Origin: an uncultured virus (IMG/VR IMGVR_UViG_3300044611_002505)
Lineage: Duplodnaviria; Heunggongvirae; Uroviricota; Caudoviricetes
IMG/VR virus record: IMGVR_UViG_3300044611_002505
Strand: one strand, 5' to 3'
DNA: 64,000 nt
This document shows positions 1-10,162 of this stretch, piece after piece. Below the pieces are notes generated by a model. It ran no database searches, had not been told where the DNA came from, and saw nothing but the letters and a program-made list of their open reading frames with translations. Each line of letters opens with the position of its first letter. Position 1 is the first letter of the stretch. A program made the translations under genes and the position numbers.

Positions 1-345
1 GAAAATGGCAACGTAAACGTGATTGTCTTGACTTGGAATCAAGATCCAGGTGCCAGCTCCGTGGTTGTTGATTATGAATATATGAGCTCGGAAGCCACAT
101 CAGTTTTAAGTAAGGTTAACCCAGTTTTTGATCAGTACGATAATGTTTCTGTTCATGGATTAACTTCGATTGAAACAAAATACATTAAAATTATGACTAA
201 TTTTAAATGTAAGATACCTGTGGGATACACTTATACTAAAAGTAGAGTTTTCTACACTAGATGTAAGCACAAGAGCAATTCGTGTTCATCAAATAGCAGC
301 GCTGTTGTTCCTGCAATAACAGTTTGCAATCAAAGATTGTTCTAA
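1..345 (+). CDS. 3' part of a hypothetical (possibly virion-associated) protein, open at left edge
   Basis: Frame open from base 1 (ENGNVNVIVLTWNQDPGASSVVVDYEY...), followed by a terminator. Confidence 0.6.
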   Translation, partial: ENGNVNVIVLTWNQDPGASSVVVDYEYMSSEATSVLSKVNPVFDQYDNVSVHGLTSIETKYIKIMTNFKCKIPVGYTYTKSRVFYTRCKHKSNSCSSNSSAVVPAITVCNQRLF

Positions 346-370
346 TTATTATCTAAACTAAAATTTAGTT

Positions 371-405
371 ACAACCTCCGAATAAAATCGGGGGTTGTTT
401 TTTTT
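371..405 (+). terminator. Rho-independent terminator
   Basis: ACAACCTCCG/CGGGGGTTGT stem followed by a T-run. Confidence 0.8.
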
Positions 406-458
406 GAAATTTTAAACTCTAATATTTTTGGCAAGGAAATTATTAGAAAGGAAACTAT

Positions 459-638
459 ATGCTAGTGCTAAGTAGAAAAAAAGACGAGACTATTCTTTTA
501 AAGACATCCAACAATGAGGATATTAGGATAACTGTTGTTAAAATTGATAATAAGAATAAAGTAAGAATAGGGATAGAAGCCCCAAGGGAAGTCACGGTTG
601 TAAGATCCGAGTTGATTGCTAAAGAAATTGACAGCTAA
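459..638 (+). CDS. csrA: Carbon storage regulator CsrA/RsmA (59 aa, below the ORF-track cutoff)
   Basis: Manual translation MLVLSRKKDETILLKTSNNEDIRITVVKIDNKNKVRIGIEAPREVTVVRSELIAKEIDS has the MLVLSRK and VRIGIEAP..V.V.R.E CsrA signature; AAGGA RBS upstream. Confidence 0.93.
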   Translation: MLVLSRKKDETILLKTSNNEDIRITVVKIDNKNKVRIGIEAPREVTVVRSELIAKEIDS

Positions 639-653
639 TCCGCTTAAATCGGA

Positions 654-2162
654 TTAAGTATATACGGTAATCATTCCGCAGGGTCGTCTGCCAGCAGGAT
701 GTAGTATGTCCGTAATATTAGATGGGCAACCTGAATCGTAAACACCTGGAGTGCATACGCAGTCTCGGCACGCATCTTGAGTTCCATCGCTGTTGTAGTC
801 CACGGTTCCTCCTGAGCAATTTCCTATATCATCTGCTATTCTTCTGCTGCTTATGGCGTAGGTTCCTGCGCAATCCACAGCGTCTATCTCTAACAAGAAG
901 TAATATATGTTTGCTGGAGTTGAGGCAATGCTAAATAAACTTAATAGTATTGAACTACTTACTTCTGTACACAATACGCCAGCCCCACCAGCGATACAAG
1001 CATTTGGAGCGGTGCCCCAATCAAAACCAGGGGCAGTAGACTGTAATATCTTGGTATCAATTAAGCCAAAATTATTCTCATTATCATTTCCGTAATATTT
1101 AACTCTAACTATGCCTTGAACCTTGGCTGCATTTAAATCTGATGGCGAACTAACGTTCCAAGGTATTGATATTAAATCAAGTCCAGGTGGACCGCTTCCA
1201 TCATTTCCGTAAATGGTGCCGTTTCCAGTTCCATTCCCAGCCATCAGTCCTATATTTGGGAAGTTAGTTGTAATTGTATTTTCTACACCCAATTGTATGC
1301 TGCACCCACCACTAGAGCAGCTAACGCATTGCTCCCCAGTAACCGACCCAGAATCTCCACAAGATAATGTTCCATCTAATGGTGTTGTAGCTGTTGGTGT
1401 TGGTCCCGGTGTAGCTGTAGCTGTTGCAGTCGGTCCTGGTGTAGCTGTGGCTGTTGGTGTTGGTGTTGGTGTTGGTCCTGTAGCAGTTGGTCCTGGTGTA
1501 GCTGTTGGTGTGGCTGTAGCTGTAGCTGTCGGTGTAGGCGTAGCTGTAGCTGTCGGTGTAGGCGTTGGTGTTGGAAAATTATATAATACCCAATTTGGAG
1601 CCGCCCCTCCTCCAGGATTGTTAGATATAAAAATATAGGACCTATTGGGAACGAGTTGTCTTAAATTATTAATTCCGTTCGATGAAGCATTCCAACTTAT
1701 AAAAGCAGTCCCAGCATCATTGGTCGCAAATATAGTTTTAACTTTATTGTCACGTATAAACGGTAGATCGTTGTTAATTGTAACTGGTGCTGTGTTGTTG
1801 ATGGATGTTGCGTGAGAAGCATTGTCTGGCTTTCCGTCTCCTCTAAACATTGCTATTTGTGTGGTATAAGTTATATCTTTTCTGTAAGGAATAGGGGATG
1901 TTTCTGTGTATAGTGTATAAGGTATTCCTGTATTGCTTCTTATATAATATCCATAATATTCTGTGAAAGATACAAGGTTGTTTATTCCCACGGGCTTCCA
2001 TGATTTGATACTATTATCTCTTCGGGGCGACGGAGAGCTATCTGTAGTTAAACCATATCCATAAACTATTATCGCTTTGTCCAAATTTGGAAAATTTGTC
2101 AAATTTATAGTTGTTTTGGGAGCGAAATACTCAAATATAACGAATTTTTTATCTATATTCAT
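654..2162 (-). CDS. Pro/Thr-linker (mucin-like) protein with duplicated N-terminal module and Cys-rich C-terminal domain
   Basis: 502 aa; ~65-aa PTPTPTATAT/PGPT tract; two similar SW...GINNL segments; Cys-rich C-terminal half. Confidence 0.75.
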   Translation of the reverse strand: MNIDKKFVIFEYFAPKTTINLTNFPNLDKAIIVYGYGLTTDSSPSPRRDNSIKSWKPVGINNLVSFTEYYGYYIRSNTGIPYTLYTETSPIPYRKDITYTTQIAMFRGDGKPDNASHATSINNTAPVTINNDLPFIRDNKVKTIFATNDAGTAFISWNASSNGINNLRQLVPNRSYIFISNNPGGGAAPNWVLYNFPTPTPTPTATATPTPTATATATPTATPGPTATGPTPTPTPTATATPGPTATATATPGPTPTATTPLDGTLSCGDSGSVTGEQCVSCSSGGCSIQLGVENTITTNFPNIGLMAGNGTGNGTIYGNDGSGPPGLDLISIPWNVSSPSDLNAAKVQGIVRVKYYGNDNENNFGLIDTKILQSTAPGFDWGTAPNACIAGGAGVLCTEVSSSILLSLFSIASTPANIYYFLLEIDAVDCAGTYAISSRRIADDIGNCSGGTVDYNSDGTQDACRDCVCTPGVYDSGCPSNITDILHPAGRRPCGMITVYT

Positions 2163-2261
2163 TTTTGTTATTTTTTAAATTGCAATATGTTATATATGTT
2201 GTTTTTTTGAATATTTTTCTAATTTAACTAGATTAGATTAAACTTTTAAAGGATTAATTTA

Positions 2262-3509
2262 ATGAAAAACTCTATATTTGTGCAAATAGCAGCTTACAGA
2301 GACAACCAGCTTGTTCCTACTTTAAAGGATATGCTCGAAAAAGCTGAAAATCCACAAAATTTAAAAATATGCATATGTTGGCAGCATTCCAAAGATGATA
2401 ATTGGGACAATTTGGATGAATTTAAAAATGACGATAGATTCATAATATTAGATACAAATTACAAGGATAGTTTGGGTGTTTGTTGGGCGAGAAATGCGGT
2501 TCAGCAAAAATATAATGGCGAAGACTACACCCTGCAAATAGACAGCCACCACAGGTTTGTTGAAAACTGGGATACCGAATGCATAAAGATGTTGGATCAA
2601 CTTAAAGAGAAGGGTCATAAAAAACCATTATTAACGTCGTATGTCCCCAGTTATGATCCTGATAATGATCCCAAAGGTAGAGTTCAAGAACCATGGAGAA
2701 TGAACTTCGATAGGTTTATTCCAGAAGGAGCAATATTCTTTCTTCCTGGTCATATAGAAAATTGGAAAAATCTAACTGAACCGGTGCCCGCCAGATTTTA
2801 CAGTGCTCATTTTTGTTTTGCTCCAGGAACATTTTGCGTAGAAGTTCCTCATGATCCAAATTATTATTTTCATGGAGAAGAAATCAGTGTTGCCGTGAGA
2901 GCTTATACTTGGGGCTATGATCTTTTTCATCCTCACAAAATAATATGCTGGCATGAATACACAAGAAAAAACAGAACAAAGCAGTGGGATGATGACAAAA
3001 AATGGTATGAGAAAAATGAAAGATGTCATCTAAGAAACAGAAAACTTTTCGAAATGGACGGTGAAAAGAAAGATATAGATTTTGGAATATATGATTTTGG
3101 AAAAGAAAGAACTTTGCAAGATTATGAAAAGTATGCTGGCATTAACTTTAAACTAAGAGCTATACAAAAACACACTCTTGATTTAAAAAACCCTCCAAAT
3201 CCCATAATAGAAGATGAACAAGAATATCAAGATTCTTTTCTCAAGATATTCAAGCACTGCATAGACATTCAGCACGATCAATTAAAGTATGGCGATTATG
3301 ACTTCTGGGTTGTTTCTTTTGAGTTAAACGACGGCACCGTTATTAACAGAAAAGATGCCGATGAAAATGAAATTAGATCTATAAGAAGCGATCCAAGTTA
3401 TTGTAAGGTTTGGAGAGAATTTTCATGTGAAAGAAAGCCCGAGAAATGGGTTGTGTGGACACATGGAAAAGATGGTGAGTGGAAAGAAAGATATGAAGGA
3501 AAGCTGTGA
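2262..3509 (+). CDS. GT60-family (Skp1-hydroxyproline/polypeptide GlcNAc-transferase-like) glycosyltransferase
   Basis: IFVQIAAYRD, G.CWAR, LQIDSHHRF..NWD, DP.YYFHGEE..AVR.YT.GYD motifs. Confidence 0.85.
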   Translation: MKNSIFVQIAAYRDNQLVPTLKDMLEKAENPQNLKICICWQHSKDDNWDNLDEFKNDDRFIILDTNYKDSLGVCWARNAVQQKYNGEDYTLQIDSHHRFVENWDTECIKMLDQLKEKGHKKPLLTSYVPSYDPDNDPKGRVQEPWRMNFDRFIPEGAIFFLPGHIENWKNLTEPVPARFYSAHFCFAPGTFCVEVPHDPNYYFHGEEISVAVRAYTWGYDLFHPHKIICWHEYTRKNRTKQWDDDKKWYEKNERCHLRNRKLFEMDGEKKDIDFGIYDFGKERTLQDYEKYAGINFKLRAIQKHTLDLKNPPNPIIEDEQEYQDSFLKIFKHCIDIQHDQLKYGDYDFWVVSFELNDGTVINRKDADENEIRSIRSDPSYCKVWREFSCERKPEKWVVWTHGKDGEWKERYEGKL

Positions 3510-3742
3510 TTGACGAATACGACCTTTTATTCTATACAGCAATGACATTTTTGTTTAGTTTTTGGTTTGCGGTATACCAAATATCCTCCTATATCAAAAC
3601 AAACAAAGAGCTGAATGATAAAATAGACAATTTTGATAAAATGATAAGTGCTGCTTCTTACACCATAATCAAGCTTGAAATGGAAAATAAAAAGCTTTCA
3701 AAGCTTTTATCGCAAACACAAACTGGACACGACCACCACTAG
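3506..3742 (+). CDS. Small membrane protein
   Basis: N-terminal hydrophobic helix; GTGA overlap with upstream gene. Confidence 0.55.
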   Translation: MIDEYDLLFYTAMTFLFSFWFAVYQISSYIKTNKELNDKIDNFDKMISAASYTIIKLEMENKKLSKLLSQTQTGHDHH

Positions 3743-3759
3743 GGTGGTATGATGGTGTT

Positions 3760-4764
3760 ATGCTCAAGGAAACGCTTGATAAATATTCTGAAGATGGGTG
3801 GATAATTTCCAAAAGACACCCAATATTTCCAATTACAATATATAATTATTCAATCAAAACTGAATATGAAGAACATTGGGATGACATAACTCTGCAAGCA
3901 CGAGGATTGGTGCTTGATGATTATGGCAATATTATCGCAAGACCTTTTCGTAAATTTTTCAATCTTGGGCAAGGACGTTTTACACCCACTGATGATTTTG
4001 AGGTTTATGAAAAATACGACGGATCTCTTGGTATTGTTTTTTATTATGAAAACAATTGGCATATAGCAACAAGAGGTTCTTTTGCCTCAGATCAATCATT
4101 GTTGGGCAAAAGCTTTTTAGAACAATATGACTTGTGTGTTCTCGAAACAGATAAAACCTATTTGTTTGAAATAATTGGCAGAAACAACAGAATCGTAGTA
4201 GACTATGGTAATTTTGAAGATTTGGTTTTACTATCTGCTTTTGATAACAAGAGCGGCGAAGAAATTCAGCGTATAAAACTAGAAAACATCATTGGTTTTA
4301 AACTATGTGAAAAGCATGATGGTATAAACGACTATAAAGTTTTATCAGATACAATAGGGCAAAACAGAGAAGGATATGTAGTAAGGTTTTCAAACGGACA
4401 TAGAGTTAAAATAAAAGGTGCAGAATATCTCAGGCTTCATAAAATTGTTACAAATCTTTCTACAACTGCTATTTGGGAAACAATATCTACCGGCAAAAGT
4501 GTTCTTGAATTGCTCGAAGGATTCCCAGATGAGTTTTACAACAAAGTGAAACAGTATGAAGAAGAATTATTGTCTAAGTACAAAGAATTAAAAGATTTTT
4601 ACACAAAGCTGTTTGAAGAAATTACTGAAAAAGAGAATAGAAGGTTGTTTGCCGAAGTTGCTAAAAAATATGAAAAACCTTCTATCCTCTTCGCACTACT
4701 AGATGAAAAAGACATATCTCAAATGATATGGGATTATATCAAACCGGAATTTTCAAAAATCTAG
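3760..4764 (+). CDS. T4 Rnl1-like RNA ligase
   Basis: RPFRKFFN, EKYDGSLG (motif I), FEII, EGYVVRF, RVKIKG.EY. Confidence 0.88.
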   Translation: MLKETLDKYSEDGWIISKRHPIFPITIYNYSIKTEYEEHWDDITLQARGLVLDDYGNIIARPFRKFFNLGQGRFTPTDDFEVYEKYDGSLGIVFYYENNWHIATRGSFASDQSLLGKSFLEQYDLCVLETDKTYLFEIIGRNNRIVVDYGNFEDLVLLSAFDNKSGEEIQRIKLENIIGFKLCEKHDGINDYKVLSDTIGQNREGYVVRFSNGHRVKIKGAEYLRLHKIVTNLSTTAIWETISTGKSVLELLEGFPDEFYNKVKQYEEELLSKYKELKDFYTKLFEEITEKENRRLFAEVAKKYEKPSILFALLDEKDISQMIWDYIKPEFSKI

Positions 4765-5189
4765 TTGTCCAACCAGTTGAGGAATTCTTTAGATCCCATA
4801 TAGCCGGAAGATTTTTTGACTGTATCTTCATTTTTATCAATTATCAAAAAGCTTGGTAGGGCTTTAACCTTAAATTTTTCTTTTATATTTTTAAATTTTT
4901 TATCATCTACGTCTATTTTTAGCACTACAAAGTTTTTAGCCAAATATTTTTCTACATCTTTATCTTTGAATGTAGTGTTTTTCATTTTTACACAATAGCC
5001 ACACCAGTCAGCTCCAAAGTAAACAAAAACTTTTGTGTTCGTAGATTTAGAAAGATCCAATGCATCTTCATATGTCTCAACCTCACCAGGACCCATTTTT
5101 ACAATTGATATGACTTCATCTTCTGCAAAGCATAATATGCTTGCCAGTAGTATGAAAGAAGTTGCCAATATTATCATTAAATTTTTCAT
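4761..5189 (-). CDS. Exported thioredoxin-family protein
   Basis: Signal peptide; FGADWCGYC active site; cis-Pro LPSF. Confidence 0.85.
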   Translation of the reverse strand: MKNLMIILATSFILLASILCFAEDEVISIVKMGPGEVETYEDALDLSKSTNTKVFVYFGADWCGYCVKMKNTTFKDKDVEKYLAKNFVVLKIDVDDKKFKNIKEKFKVKALPSFLIIDKNEDTVKKSSGYMGSKEFLNWLDN

Positions 5190-5272
5190 AATTCTCCTTA
5201 ATTAAGTGTTTCGATACATCCCTGTATAGTATTTAGTCGTTAAAAATGTAAAATTACAAGCTAAATAAGTTT

Positions 5273-7147
5273 ATGTTATTTAAAGAGTGGTTATTATTAA
5301 ACGAAAACATAGAAGCTAATTTTGATACTTATTTATCAAATTTAGTCAAATATGCAAAGCCAGAAGAAAAAAGATACTTGGATTCTCACCCTAAAATTTT
5401 TGCATATCTTCAAGATTCCAAACAAGCGCCAACAAACTGGTTGGAAAAATCTATTATAATCCAAGTTTTAAAAGATAAACATCTTGAAAACTTTAATTGG
5501 TTCAGCTTCAGTTTTGGTTATTTGGTATCAAAAATTCGTATTTACAAAGAAGATCTGGAATTAGCCATAGACGTCACCAAAAAAAGAATAGACGGCAGAG
5601 AATTACCAAAAAGTGAAATAGGCGCCAAAGGTTGGTTCAAGATTGGGCAAGAAGCCAAAGAAAAGGTTGAAGAATATATAAAAGCGAGTCAAGAGTTAAG
5701 CAATAGACAAGAGCGAAAATTAAGAAAAAGTGGAGAAACCCTAGAAGATGATAAAAAATTAATAAAGTTGGTAGCCACAGACGAAGATTTAAAACTTTAT
5801 TTTCTCCCCGCAGTTGGTTCTGGAACAGCTCACGGTCTTCCAAAAGATGAAAATGAAATTAAAGCTAGAAAAAGAGTTTTGTGTAGCTATGGCAAAGGAA
5901 CAAAATGGTGTACAGCAGTCCCAGACGGAGATTGGCACGAAAGTTATTTAGGCAACAATATTTACATAATTCATGAAAACGATAAACCAAAATATCAATT
6001 TGTAAATTGCTTAGATAAAGGTGAAGATAATCATCAATTTATGGATGCCGAAGACAACACTGTCAAAGAATTAGACATAAAGTACTACAACTTCTTGAAA
6101 AAACATGCACCTGGAGCAAGTGGTTGTTATGAAATTAAGGTAAAGTTTAGTATATCAAATTTTTTGAATCCAACTATTAGCGATGATATTAAGAAAGAAA
6201 TATCAGGTAAAAATCTGGCAGAATTGCTTAATGTTTCTTACAGAAATGATTTTGAAAAAATAACATCAATTATCAAAAATCTTAATATTTCTTTTGATAG
6301 CAATGGCATTTTTTATTTCCTATGGAATATAAGTCCGGTGCACATAAATGATAAAATTATTAGTAATTTGATTGCTAAAAATATCAATAAATTAAACGGT
6401 GCTGAAATCCATGATTTGATTACTCATTCTCCACCAATAGGATACAATGAAACCTATTCTGATAAAACAAGATTAAAAACAGATGAAATGATAGAAATAT
6501 TGGGTTATAGAAATTTAATGAAGATTAGTTCATCTCTTATAATTTCTATTTTATCTAATTCTACAAACAGATTAGAAATGGCAAAATTATTGGGTAAAGA
6601 AGTTTTGAATAATATTAAAATATTTGATATTACAAATTGGATAATTCACGCCGGAGACATAAAAGAGACTTTAGACATTCTCCAGCCAAATTCTTTGAAA
6701 GCCTTGACGCCAGCTAACATTGACGTTGTGTTTACAAGTCAATATCTTGAATCTAAACGGTCTCAAAAAGACATGGAGTATTTAGTTAAACAATTAATGG
6801 ATATGAGCTTAGAATTTAATATGAGATCAGTTGACGCAATACTTCTTAATACAAGAACTGGAAAAGATGATTATATTGAAAGAATGATTAAAATACTTGG
6901 CAAAGAAAATGTAAGTAAATTATGGTATGACTCTATTCACAAATTATTTGATGAAATTTTTGTCAAAAAAGGATTTAGAGGACAAAAAGAATTGGCAGAA
7001 ATATTGAAAGATTATTATGTTCATCCTGAATTATCTGGGGGAGATAAATCTGATGGTAAAATGGCAGACTGGGCAAGAATAGATAATTTAATCAATAAAC
7101 ATCTCGAATATAGGGACTGGCGTTTTTCAGGCATTAATGCTTCTTAG
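5273..7147 (+). CDS. Large hypothetical phage protein with GTKWCTA motif and CTS-like N-terminus
   Basis: 624 aa; starts MLFKEWLLLNE; YGKGTKWCTA and KYQF..QFMD..D motifs. Confidence 0.7.
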   Translation: MLFKEWLLLNENIEANFDTYLSNLVKYAKPEEKRYLDSHPKIFAYLQDSKQAPTNWLEKSIIIQVLKDKHLENFNWFSFSFGYLVSKIRIYKEDLELAIDVTKKRIDGRELPKSEIGAKGWFKIGQEAKEKVEEYIKASQELSNRQERKLRKSGETLEDDKKLIKLVATDEDLKLYFLPAVGSGTAHGLPKDENEIKARKRVLCSYGKGTKWCTAVPDGDWHESYLGNNIYIIHENDKPKYQFVNCLDKGEDNHQFMDAEDNTVKELDIKYYNFLKKHAPGASGCYEIKVKFSISNFLNPTISDDIKKEISGKNLAELLNVSYRNDFEKITSIIKNLNISFDSNGIFYFLWNISPVHINDKIISNLIAKNINKLNGAEIHDLITHSPPIGYNETYSDKTRLKTDEMIEILGYRNLMKISSSLIISILSNSTNRLEMAKLLGKEVLNNIKIFDITNWIIHAGDIKETLDILQPNSLKALTPANIDVVFTSQYLESKRSQKDMEYLVKQLMDMSLEFNMRSVDAILLNTRTGKDDYIERMIKILGKENVSKLWYDSIHKLFDEIFVKKGFRGQKELAEILKDYYVHPELSGGDKSDGKMADWARIDNLINKHLEYRDWRFSGINAS

Positions 7148-7955
7148 GGAAAAATTTACCTATAAAGTTGTGATATGGGCACTTTGGTTTGTCTTCTCCA
7201 TCCAATAATCTCTTTTTTTCTCTAAAATAAGTTGTTGAATCCTTTGTTAGTGACCCGTCTGATGACAACAACTGTTTTCCACCGTTTTCAAATTTTTTCT
7301 TATTATAATTTAACCAATATTTAAATACATGGTTTGCTTTTTTTGTATTTCTGTTTATATGCTCTTCTTTTATTTCCCAGTCTTTTGTCGATTCTCTTTT
7401 TACTGGTATCAACTGTGCTATTGGAAAGTCTTTTGTTATTGTTATTTGTTTGTTGTTAGTGTCACAAACTAAATTTATCCATATATCATAATGCATCCAA
7501 TCTGTTTCTAAAATTGCTTCCATCACACGATAGTCTGTTCTTGGAAAATTAATCGGGCTTCTTATTTGTAAACAATATCCTGGTGGTGTTTCAAAAATAA
7601 GACCCGTCCATATTTGAACCACATTTTGTTCAGCAGCTCCCCAAGTGAATTTCGTTCTCCCAGTGTCCGGCATACACCATTTCTCCACCACAGATTTATC
7701 AGAAGGTTTAACCAAAGATTTAACTGTGACGTAATCTTCGTTTGAATATTTTTCTGTATCATAAATGAATCTATTCCCATCATAAACAAAATGCATATCC
7801 ACAGGAGGATACAACCAAAAACCAAATTGGTTTGCGGATGTGTATGGTCCACACCATTTAACCGCAGCTTCATTTGCGGTTCCCAAACAAGTTTTTTCAG
7901 CTTGTTTTATTTTGCAAGCTTGAGAGTGAACTCGCCAAACATTTAGATTTTTCAT
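7134..7955 (-). CDS. DUF6065-like protein (dUTPase-like beta fold)
   Basis: C.P...ANQFG.W, F.TPPG..L...P.N, ETDW, PIAQLIP motifs. Confidence 0.6.
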   Translation of the reverse strand: MKNLNVWRVHSQACKIKQAEKTCLGTANEAAVKWCGPYTSANQFGFWLYPPVDMHFVYDGNRFIYDTEKYSNEDYVTVKSLVKPSDKSVVEKWCMPDTGRTKFTWGAAEQNVVQIWTGLIFETPPGYCLQIRSPINFPRTDYRVMEAILETDWMHYDIWINLVCDTNNKQITITKDFPIAQLIPVKRESTKDWEIKEEHINRNTKKANHVFKYWLNYNKKKFENGGKQLLSSDGSLTKDSTTYFREKKRLLDGEDKPKCPYHNFIGKFFPKKH

Positions 7956-7973
7956 TTAATTTTTTAGACAGGG

Positions 7974-8002
7974 TTGATCATAGTTTACCCAGAAGATATA
8001 AT
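7974..8002 (+). promoter_or_regulatory. Sigma70-type promoter for guaC
   Basis: TTGATC-17 nt-TATAAT upstream of AAGGA RBS and ATG 8028. Confidence 0.6.
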
Positions 8003-8027
8003 TGAATCCAACTAAGGAATTAAAATT

Positions 8028-9098
8028 ATGATAATTGATCAAGAAACAAAACTAGATTTCGATCATGTGAGAATTGTGCCGCAGAGAACTACTCTTGAAA
8101 GCAGAAGCGAAGTCTCACTTGAGAGAAACTTTAAGTTCTACCATAGCCCCAGAACTTGGAGTGGAATACCAATAATTTGCTCTAATATGGTTCCTCTAAC
8201 ATCAAAAAAAATGGCTATTAAGCTTGCTGAGCATAAAATTGTGACCGCTCTGCACAAGTATTATAAGACTGATGAATTGACGAATATAATTAAAGCTGCT
8301 GGAGTCGATTATGCTTGGGTTAGTATTGGCAAATCTGATGATGATATAAATAAATTAAAAGAAATTAAAGAGGCAATTGGCACTTCTCCAAACATTGTGA
8401 TAGATGTTCCCAATGGATACATGGAAAGTTTTGTTAAATTTTGTGAAAAAGTAAGAAATGAATTCCCAGAAAGCATAATTTGTGCTGGCAATGTGACAAC
8501 TCCTGAAATTTGTGAAGAGCTTGTTATTCACGGCAAGGTTGATATTTGTAAAATTCAAATAGGACCGGGCTCTCAATGTGAAACTAGAAAAATGACTGGT
8601 GTTGGCTATGGGACATTTTCGTGTGTCCTAGAGTGTGCTCATGCCGCTCACGGACTAAGAGCCGCTTCTGGTAAGTTGGGATTAATAATGAGTGATGGAG
8701 GCTGTAAAGACCCAGGAGACGTCTGTAAAGCGATATGTGGAGGTGCTGATTGGGTTATGATTGGTGGAATGTTTGCAGGAACGGATGAGTGTGAGGGCGA
8801 ATGGGAATACGAATATGAATCTAGTGTTAAATTTAATCCAAAAGATAAGTCTTGCACCAAAAAAACGCATCTTACATTTTATGGTATGAGTTCACATTAC
8901 GCCCAGGAAAAACATGGAGTTGGCAAGAAAAAATATAGAGCCTCAGAAGGAAAGATTTCTAAAATTCCCTACAAAGGTCCAGTTGAAGATGTAATTCAAG
9001 AAATACTTGGAGGAATAAGAAGTTGTGGCGCATATATTGGAGCAAAGCATCTAAAAGATTTTAGCAAGTGTGCAAAGTTTGTGAAAATAGCAAGGTGA
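8028..9098 (+). CDS. guaC: GMP reductase
   Basis: KLDF..V...P, IDV.NGY, AGNV.T, IGPGS.C.TR..TGVG, SDGG, GGMFAG, FYGMSS, YRASEGK. Confidence 0.92.
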   Translation: MIIDQETKLDFDHVRIVPQRTTLESRSEVSLERNFKFYHSPRTWSGIPIICSNMVPLTSKKMAIKLAEHKIVTALHKYYKTDELTNIIKAAGVDYAWVSIGKSDDDINKLKEIKEAIGTSPNIVIDVPNGYMESFVKFCEKVRNEFPESIICAGNVTTPEICEELVIHGKVDICKIQIGPGSQCETRKMTGVGYGTFSCVLECAHAAHGLRAASGKLGLIMSDGGCKDPGDVCKAICGGADWVMIGGMFAGTDECEGEWEYEYESSVKFNPKDKSCTKKTHLTFYGMSSHYAQEKHGVGKKKYRASEGKISKIPYKGPVEDVIQEILGGIRSCGAYIGAKHLKDFSKCAKFVKIAR

Positions 9099-9100
9099 TC

Positions 9101-9811
9101 ATGGGCAACGCAGTTGTTTATTTGCTTAATAATAATTTAAATTATTTAAAGATGGCTTCTAAAAGCATGTCTATGCTTAGAAGTTTTAATGATAAAATTA
9201 AAATAATTTGTTTGTGTACTTCAAAAATAAATTTGCCTGATTTTTTGGACATAGAATTAATTGAGATCAAAGATTTAGACCCAGATTATATTCATGTCAA
9301 TAGACAATACATGGGAGATATTGAATACGAAAATATATTGTATATTGATAGTGATACTTTTATTTTTGATGATGTTCAAAAAATATTTGATTATTACGAC
9401 AAAGACTTTGTTGGATGTGAAAATACTTGGGCTTATAAACAAAATTTTAATTTGTTTAAGCCAACAAACGGTGGTGTTCTTTTATTTAAAAATTTTGCTC
9501 ACAAAAAAATCTACGAAGACTTTAGCTATAAGTTGAAATATATGAACATTCTTTATAAAGATGTTTGGGACTGGATGAGTTCTATTGACAATTTATATGT
9601 AAGAGAAGAGTTCTTAATAAGTAGCATAGTAGAAGAACAAAAAATAAAAAGATGTTTTTTTGAAAGACATCATGTAAAAATACCTGAAGACTACAAAGAT
9701 ATTAAAAACATCAACACAATAATATTTCATACATTCACAAGCAACTGGTCTGTCTTCAGCAGAGAAATTTCGAGCAATAAAATAAAAAAAATAAAACCCA
9801 GATTAATTTAA
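9101..9811 (+). CDS. GT-A fold glycosyltransferase (GT8-like)
   Basis: ILYIDSDT DxD motif, NGGV motif. Confidence 0.7.
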   Translation: MGNAVVYLLNNNLNYLKMASKSMSMLRSFNDKIKIICLCTSKINLPDFLDIELIEIKDLDPDYIHVNRQYMGDIEYENILYIDSDTFIFDDVQKIFDYYDKDFVGCENTWAYKQNFNLFKPTNGGVLLFKNFAHKKIYEDFSYKLKYMNILYKDVWDWMSSIDNLYVREEFLISSIVEEQKIKRCFFERHHVKIPEDYKDIKNINTIIFHTFTSNWSVFSREISSNKIKKIKPRLI

Positions 9812-9814
9812 GCG

Positions 9815-9848
9815 AACAGGGGTGTATTAATACACCCCTGTTTTTTTT
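9815..9848. terminator. Terminator hairpin between convergent genes
   Basis: AACAGGGGTGTA-TTAA-TACACCCCTGTT plus T-run. Confidence 0.8.
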
Positions 9849-9854
9849 ATTTCT

Positions 9855-10052
9855 TTATTTTTTGATTGAAACTATTTTGACATTATCGTCTCCTATTGAT
9901 AACATCTTGTATTTTTTCATTACATTACCCTTCATTACGAATGCTGCTATGTTTCCATTTGCAGTCCATGGTAATTTTTCATTTATTCTCGATACATAAT
10001 ACACTTCGTTTTCATTATCTTCGCTAAAATCTATAACCTGTAAATTGTTCAT
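9855..10052 (-). CDS. Small hypothetical protein
   Basis: MNNLQVIDF... preceded by GGAGG RBS. Confidence 0.55.
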   Translation of the reverse strand: MNNLQVIDFSEDNENEVYYVSRINEKLPWTANGNIAAFVMKGNVMKKYKMLSIGDDNVKIVSIKK

Positions 10053-10162
10053 AATTCTTCCTCCTTGAAAGTGTTGAACACAAATATATTTATTCATCTC
10101 AATGAGATATTTCAAAAAACTAAAAAATATAATATATATTTTCAACCAATTTGGAGAATAGC

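Noticed and set aside
1..345. Major capsid protein fragment
   Set aside because: The LTWN...VVVDYEY segment is suggestive of a virion beta-domain, but no gp23-like core follows before the stop.
1213..1638. Val/Gly/Ala-rich 141-aa ORF on +
   Set aside because: Antisense shadow of the Pro/Thr tract.
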